40,000 nucleotides of DNA from Colwellia sp. Its GTDB lineage: Bacteria > Pseudomonadota > Gammaproteobacteria > Enterobacterales > Alteromonadaceae. Shown here in pieces: positions 35,666-40,000 of this stretch. The notes under the pieces are model-generated. The model ran no database searches. It was not told where the DNA came from and saw nothing but the letters and a program-made list of their open reading frames with translations. Within the stretch, counting starts at the first letter, position 1. Every line of letters starts with the position of its first letter. The DNA lies in assembly GCA_020630795.1 (NCBI GenBank), contig JAHDIK010000001.1, positions 22,341 through 62,340 on the forward strand, written 5' to 3'. Both the position numbers and the translations under genes were made by a program.

Positions 35666-36286
35666 TCAATTATTATATGACAATACCATTTTTGTTTTGT
35701 CTTCAAAGTCATCGTTCATTTCCTCAAGACTTATGCCAGCTCTAGCCCTGAGTACATAACCTTGCCTTAGGTCAAACATTAGCTGAGCACGTTTTAATGA
35801 AGGGAAAGACTTAGGTAAATTACCTTTTTCTTTTTCAGATTCAAAACGAGCAGCTAAGCGTATATCAGTTTCTTTAATCGCTTGCTTTAAGCGGCTTTTA
35901 GCGCCAGCTACAGTTCCAGCACTTGTTGAAACACAGGTACTTAAAAAACAACCTTGAATACCATTTTCATTTGTTGTGGCGTATTCAAGCGCTGTTTTAA
36001 AAAAAGATTGTACTGCTTCTCTTAAATCACTTTCATTTTCAAAAGCAACTAATGGTCCGCAGTCGTCATTTGAGGTGTAACTATCAATTGCTTGAAGGTA
36101 AAGCTGGTGTTTATCTCCAAATGTTGAATACAGACTAGGTGCGTTAATTCCCATAGCAGTAGTTAAGTCTTTCATAGAGCTACCTTCATAGCCTTTACTC
36201 CAAAAAACGTTTATAGCTGCTGCTAAAGCTTCAGTTTTATCAAATTTAAGAGGGCGGCCCTTTTTCTTTATTTTTGTATCATTCAT
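35666..36286 (-). CDS. TetR/AcrR family transcriptional regulator
   Basis: HTH AAAINVFWSKGYEGSSMKDLTTAMGINAPSLYSTFGDKHQLY. I chose the start at internal ATG 36286 (MNDTKIKKKGRP), which removes the overlap with the divergent gene. Confidence 0.8.
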   Translation of the reverse strand: MNDTKIKKKGRPLKFDKTEALAAAINVFWSKGYEGSSMKDLTTAMGINAPSLYSTFGDKHQLYLQAIDSYTSNDDCGPLVAFENESDLREAVQSFFKTALEYATTNENGIQGCFLSTCVSTSAGTVAGAKSRLKQAIKETDIRLAARFESEKEKGNLPKSFPSLKRAQLMFDLRQGYVLRARAGISLEEMNDDFEDKTKMVLSYNN

Positions 36287-36357
36287 TACAAAACTCTTGA
36301 CTATAATGTTTTTACTATTATTATAATGTTCACTACAAAACTCAAGAGTGAAATGCA

Positions 36358-36894
36358 ATGAAAGGTAAAAAATTAAGTGCAGGGCAAAAGTTTCCAGCTT
36401 TATCTGTAGATAAATTAGAGGGGGGGAAATTAGATTTTTTAAACCCTAAAGGTGATTGTGATTGGGTTTTAGTGGTTGTATATAGAGGGAAACATTGTCC
36501 GTTATGTACAAATTATTTAAGAACACTAAATGAGTTACTTCCTAAATTTAATGAATTAGGGGTTGATGTTATTGCTATGTCGGCCGATCCAAAAGAAAAA
36601 GCGTTAATTCAAATAAATGAAGTTAACCCTAAATTTGACGTAGGTTACGGTTTGTCTCTTGAGCAAATGCAAGCGTTAGGTCTATATATTTCTAACCCTA
36701 GATCAGACGCTGAAACAGATCGCCCCTTTGCTGAGCCAGGTGTATTTGTTATTAACTCATTAAATCAAGCGCAGTTAATTGATATTTCAAATGCGCCATT
36801 TTTAAGACCTGATTTAAATTCAATTATCAACGGATTAGGTTTTATTCGTAATCCAGAAAATAAGTATCCCATACGTGGTACGTTAACTTATTAG
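36358..36894 (+). CDS. peroxiredoxin/redoxin (AhpC-TSA) family protein
   Basis: 178-aa ORF with WVLVVVYRGKHCPLCTNYL (thioredoxin fold). Confidence 0.7.
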   Translation: MKGKKLSAGQKFPALSVDKLEGGKLDFLNPKGDCDWVLVVVYRGKHCPLCTNYLRTLNELLPKFNELGVDVIAMSADPKEKALIQINEVNPKFDVGYGLSLEQMQALGLYISNPRSDAETDRPFAEPGVFVINSLNQAQLIDISNAPFLRPDLNSIINGLGFIRNPENKYPIRGTLTY

Positions 36895-36903
36895 TAGGAA
36901 GGA

Positions 36904-37299
36904 ATGATGACAACAAATACACATGAAACAGATGTTAAGCAATTAATTAACGAACTTATAGAAGCTGGAACCAGCTTTAATGTTGATGCACTAGAAAGAA
37001 TTTATCACAATAATTTAAAGGTGTTTATGCATGATCCTTCGGGTTCTACATCTATTGCAGATAAAGCTATGTTTAAAGGTTTATTTCAGAATAAACGTGA
37101 TAACAATGAACCAGCATTAAATACTTGGGCTGAATTTCACCGTATTGATGCCGATGACAAAAATGCTCATGTTTTAATTTCACGTAAAGTTAAATTAATG
37201 GCCGAAGAGCAGAAAATCACCTTGAGTATTGATTTAATAAAAGAAAACAATGCTTGGCAGGTTATGCGCGAAGTGATTTTTGTTCATGGTGGAGAATAA
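36904..37299 (+). CDS. NTF2-like (SnoaL/DUF4440-type) small protein
   Basis: 131-aa ORF. The size and pattern fit the cone-shaped NTF2-like fold families. This is a weak by-eye call. Confidence 0.4.
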   Translation: MMTTNTHETDVKQLINELIEAGTSFNVDALERIYHNNLKVFMHDPSGSTSIADKAMFKGLFQNKRDNNEPALNTWAEFHRIDADDKNAHVLISRKVKLMAEEQKITLSIDLIKENNAWQVMREVIFVHGGE

Positions 37300-37302
37300 A
37301 TA

Positions 37303-37722
37303 ATGACAACATCAACAACAGAATATAAACCTCAGCTATTTACCAAAATTTTATACTGGGTAAGCACAGGTATTGTTTTATTTTTATTAACATGGGCAGC
37401 AATTTCATACCATGTTATTCATGAAACTCAGGCAGACTATTTTACTGCTTTTGGTTATCCAACATATTTAGTTTACCCATTAGCTTATTTAAAATTAATC
37501 GCAATTTTAGTCATTGTTACCCATAGATATAACGACTTACGAGATATGGTTTATTCAGCATATTTTATTAATATGGCAATGGCTTTAGTAGGACATATTA
37601 TTTATGGTGATTTTTTTGGTCATGCTTTAATAGGTATGATCGTAATCCCAATTTCGTATTTGCTAGGTAATAAAGTACGCGGTCGTCCACAAAGAAGCTT
37701 TTTTGGTAATTGGACTAACTAA
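37303..37722 (+). CDS. DoxX-like four-TM membrane protein
   Basis: 139-aa ORF with four hydrophobic helices. It is co-oriented with, and tightly packed against, the redoxin genes. Confidence 0.45.
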   Translation: MTTSTTEYKPQLFTKILYWVSTGIVLFLLTWAAISYHVIHETQADYFTAFGYPTYLVYPLAYLKLIAILVIVTHRYNDLRDMVYSAYFINMAMALVGHIIYGDFFGHALIGMIVIPISYLLGNKVRGRPQRSFFGNWTN

Positions 37723-37730
37723 TTTAAGTA

Positions 37731-37993
37731 ATACCAATTCCATTAAATAATTAATCACTCAGCTACAATTAAAACGAACTGAATTAAGGCGCTTGAATGA
37801 AGTAATAGTGGTGCTCTTTCGAATTTAAGCAACGCAGAGTCAGTTCGTTTTAAAGTCGCCTAAAGGGAATACACCAGCGAATTTAGCACGCGTTCTCGCT
37901 ATTTGAAAAGGGACAGCCATTCCTTCACAACGACGCCTTGTTCTATATCCGCTGGACGTATTCTGAGTGGTTGTTATTTAATGGAGTTGGTAT
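37731..37993 (+). repeat. 263-bp element closed by a 31-bp imperfect inverted repeat with nested hairpins (MITE-like or structured RNA)
   Basis: ataccaattccattaaataattaatcactcag (37731-37762) pairs with ctgagtggttgttatttaatggagttggtat (37963-37993). An inner pair, ttaaaacgaactga (37769-37782) with tcagttcgttttaa (37840-37853), is exact. Confidence 0.45.
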
Positions 37994-38046
37994 AAGGTTT
38001 GAATTCTAGAGGTAAATTAAAGGTCAATTTTTAATTTACCTCTTTC

Positions 38047-38157
38047 TCATAAATATACACAATGTAAAGGTAATAAATTTACAACTGAATGACCGTTATA
38101 GTCTTTGCTATCAAGTGCTTCAATCAATTTTCTAGGTAAATCAATTTTTGTTCTCAT
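38047..38157 (-). CDS. possible 36-aa ribbon-helix-helix/VapB-like antitoxin fragment
   Basis: Own translation gives MRTKIDLPRKLIEALDSKDYNGHSVVNLLPLHCVYL. MRTxIDLPxxLIxxA resembles antitoxin N-termini. It is short and has no partner toxin. Confidence 0.2.
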   Translation of the reverse strand: MRTKIDLPRKLIEALDSKDYNGHSVVNLLPLHCVYL

Positions 38158-38246
38158 TGTTTCAAGTTTCTAGGTATTAAACACGTCCCAATACTTTATG
38201 ATTGAATCAAAAGATCATGACCTACTTGGCAATGAAAGTTTATCGT

Positions 38247-38825
38247 TTAAGCTGATAATAATGGTTCAATAACAGCCTGCCAATCAGCCAAAGTCGATTT
38301 ATGATCAACAGGCACATTATTGGCATTATTGATAAATAATGTTGGTGTTGCCCATACCGCCTTAGTTGCTGCATAGCGAATGGGGGTACGTGCTTTCTCA
38401 TAAATATCACTATCGGCCATTCTTTTTACAAATGTTTCACTATCTAGACCTGAATGTTCCTGAGCAAAACTCGCCACAAGCTGTAAAAGATCAGTATGGG
38501 TTTTATCGTGAAAACAATCATTATAAAACTGTGATTGGCGCTCAAAAATAAAAGAGGTGAAATCATAGAACTTATTGGCATCACCTTCAGCTAATGCAAA
38601 CAGACCTAAACTCATATCCCAAGCTTGCCGGTGATTACTTAGCGTTATCAAGTGAACCCTTAAGCTGACCGATTTATTTTGATAGTGTTTGGCAACCTCA
38701 AGCAAGGTTGGCCAAATTTTACGTGAATGCGGACATTGAATATCAATAAAGGCATCTATCGTTATTTGAGCTGCGGCATCGCCAAGGAGAAAGCCACTTG
38801 GGCGGTGTGGTATAGGTATACTCAT
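38247..38825 (-). CDS. DsbA-like thioredoxin-fold protein
   Basis: 192-aa ORF with FIDIQCPHSRKIWPTL (CxxS active-site-like motif) and a thioredoxin-fold pattern. Confidence 0.6.
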   Translation of the reverse strand: MSIPIPHRPSGFLLGDAAAQITIDAFIDIQCPHSRKIWPTLLEVAKHYQNKSVSLRVHLITLSNHRQAWDMSLGLFALAEGDANKFYDFTSFIFERQSQFYNDCFHDKTHTDLLQLVASFAQEHSGLDSETFVKRMADSDIYEKARTPIRYAATKAVWATPTLFINNANNVPVDHKSTLADWQAVIEPLLSA

Positions 38826-38843
38826 TTTAATATATCCTCTCTT

Positions 38844-39311
38844 TTACTTTTGTATCAAAAGCTTCTTTTCGATAAAGCGATCTAACGCTAAGCGACCACC
38901 ACTAAAAATAACGACTTGCAGTAGCAGTGTTCCCCATAAAACATGTTCCGCAAAGGCTGCCGCGGCAATATCTTCTAAACTGATCACGGCAACAATGTTG
39001 ACAAAAAAGAGTCCTAAAGCTGAAAATCGACTGGCTATGCCCGCCATCAATAAAATGGGCAGTATGATTTCTGCTGCGGTCCCTAAATAAGCGGCTAACT
39101 CAAACGGTAGTACTGGTACTTGATATTCATATTCAAATAACATCAAGGTACTGTCCCAGTCTCTTAACTTAGTTAATCCTGAAGCGAAAAATGCCCACCC
39201 CACATAGATACGAGCGGCGAGCAATGCTAACGGCTCTAATAGGCTAATTTTCCTGGCCAGTGCGATATAAAATTGGCTAAAAGGTGTCAGATGTTGTTTT
39301 AAGGTGTTCAT
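38844..39311 (-). CDS. DoxX family membrane protein
   Basis: 155-aa ORF. LLAARIYVGWAFFASGLTKL and the following helices are typical of DoxX. Confidence 0.75.
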   Translation of the reverse strand: MNTLKQHLTPFSQFYIALARKISLLEPLALLAARIYVGWAFFASGLTKLRDWDSTLMLFEYEYQVPVLPFELAAYLGTAAEIILPILLMAGIASRFSALGLFFVNIVAVISLEDIAAAAFAEHVLWGTLLLQVVIFSGGRLALDRFIEKKLLIQK

Positions 39312-39313
39312 AA

Positions 39314-40000
39314 TTAATTCTCTTTAAATATATAAATTAAATTTAGTTTGAGGGCTTTTACGAGCCAATTTTCAAATGAAAAATGAAACTTTTCATTGAC
39401 GGTATCGAGTGCATTAGCAAGTGAATCTCCTGACATTAAGCTGCGCATAAAAACAGCTTCACTAGTCGTGAGAGTTGTTACTTTGGGCTGAAACTCAGGT
39501 CGATAAGTCATCACAGTTTGTCTTTTTAAAGGCGATGCCAATGCTTTTTGGGCATGATTCAAAGCGGTTTGCCGTTGTGACTCATCCTCGCCATGATGTG
39601 CATAAAAAATATCAACAATAGGGTATTTGCTTTCAAGCAATGCCACATTTGCATTGAATTTAACAAAAATATGCTCAGGCTCGTGCTCGCCTAGTACTTG
39701 TAACGACGATTGTTCAAATGTTTGATCAACGCCATGCAGTGCACAATGAACATGCCAGTCTAACGCAGTGCAGTCTTCAATATAGGGATATTGATGACCA
39801 ACTTCTGTGGTAGTGATGAAGCTTGTTAATGCTTCTCCCCATTGAGCCCAATCACCTTGGTTAGGCGGTGATGATTTCAAAAACAGTTGAGTTATATGTT
39901 TGCTAGCGTCGCTATCAAGCAACTCAAAAAGCGTAGGGAAACTAATGCTTAAGGATCGCTCTGCATTTGCAAATAAATTTCGGCGGTAAACGTTAATCCC
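39314..40000 (-). CDS. DUF2063-type putative DNA-binding protein (HvfC-like), 5' end outside the window
   Basis: The frame stays open upstream of the track start to the window edge (..GINVYRRNLFANAERSLSISFPTLFELLDSDASKH..). The pattern and the DoxX neighbour fit DUF692-DUF2063-DoxX operons. Confidence 0.55.
   Translation of the reverse strand, partial: GINVYRRNLFANAERSLSISFPTLFELLDSDASKHITQLFLKSSPPNQGDWAQWGEALTSFITTTEVGHQYPYIEDCTALDWHVHCALHGVDQTFEQSSLQVLGEHEPEHIFVKFNANVALLESKYPIVDIFYAHHGEDESQRQTALNHAQKALASPLKRQTVMTYRPEFQPKVTTLTTSEAVFMRSLMSGDSLANALDTVNEKFHFSFENWLVKALKLNLIYIFKEN

Noticed and set aside
38006-38040. 11-bp perfect hairpin agaggtaaatt/aatttacctct as a terminator
   Set aside because: It has no T-run on either strand and its function is unclear. 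It may belong to the neighbouring structured element.

Overview
AT-rich gammaproteobacterial window; an Alteromonadales-like marine host is only an inference from the GroEL and AccC sequences. Positions 1-12.2 kb are conserved core: aroQ-accB-accC, a periplasmic-binding-like/outer-membrane barrel/GGDEF-EAL trio, dsbD-cutA, fxsA, and groES-groEL with a sigma32-type promoter. From about 12.2 to 29.8 kb, directly after the groEL terminator, lies an integrated plasmid-like mobilizable island. It carries a P4-type tyrosine integrase, an AlpA-like excisionase, a phased 21-bp iteron origin with a Rep_3-type initiator, a TraD/FtsK-like P-loop ATPase, a Replic_Relax-type protein and DUF2958. It also carries a minus-strand defence-like cargo block (WYL regulator, truncated hsdM stub, rhuM, orphan membrane and cytosolic proteins), an oriT-MobC-relaxase-coupling-protein module, and a membrane-anchored J-domain protein. 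Positions 29.9-40 kb hold thiol/redox-stress genes (peroxiredoxin-like, DoxX, DsbA-like, SDR) with TetR and LysR regulators. The most unusual signal is in the island's replication/DNA-processing backbone. Five reading frames there contain 22 in-frame TGA codons, with no in-frame TAA or TAG and no frameshift. Each frame closes on TAA or TAG. One TGA sits at the conserved Gly position of a Walker A P-loop. Neighbouring island genes and host genes contain no internal TGA, and several use TGA as a genuine stop. This looks like gene-specific UGA recoding or conditional read-through rather than ordinary decay, but non-random pseudogenisation cannot be excluded without alignments. I could not find any tRNA (including a suppressor tRNA), rRNA or CRISPR array.
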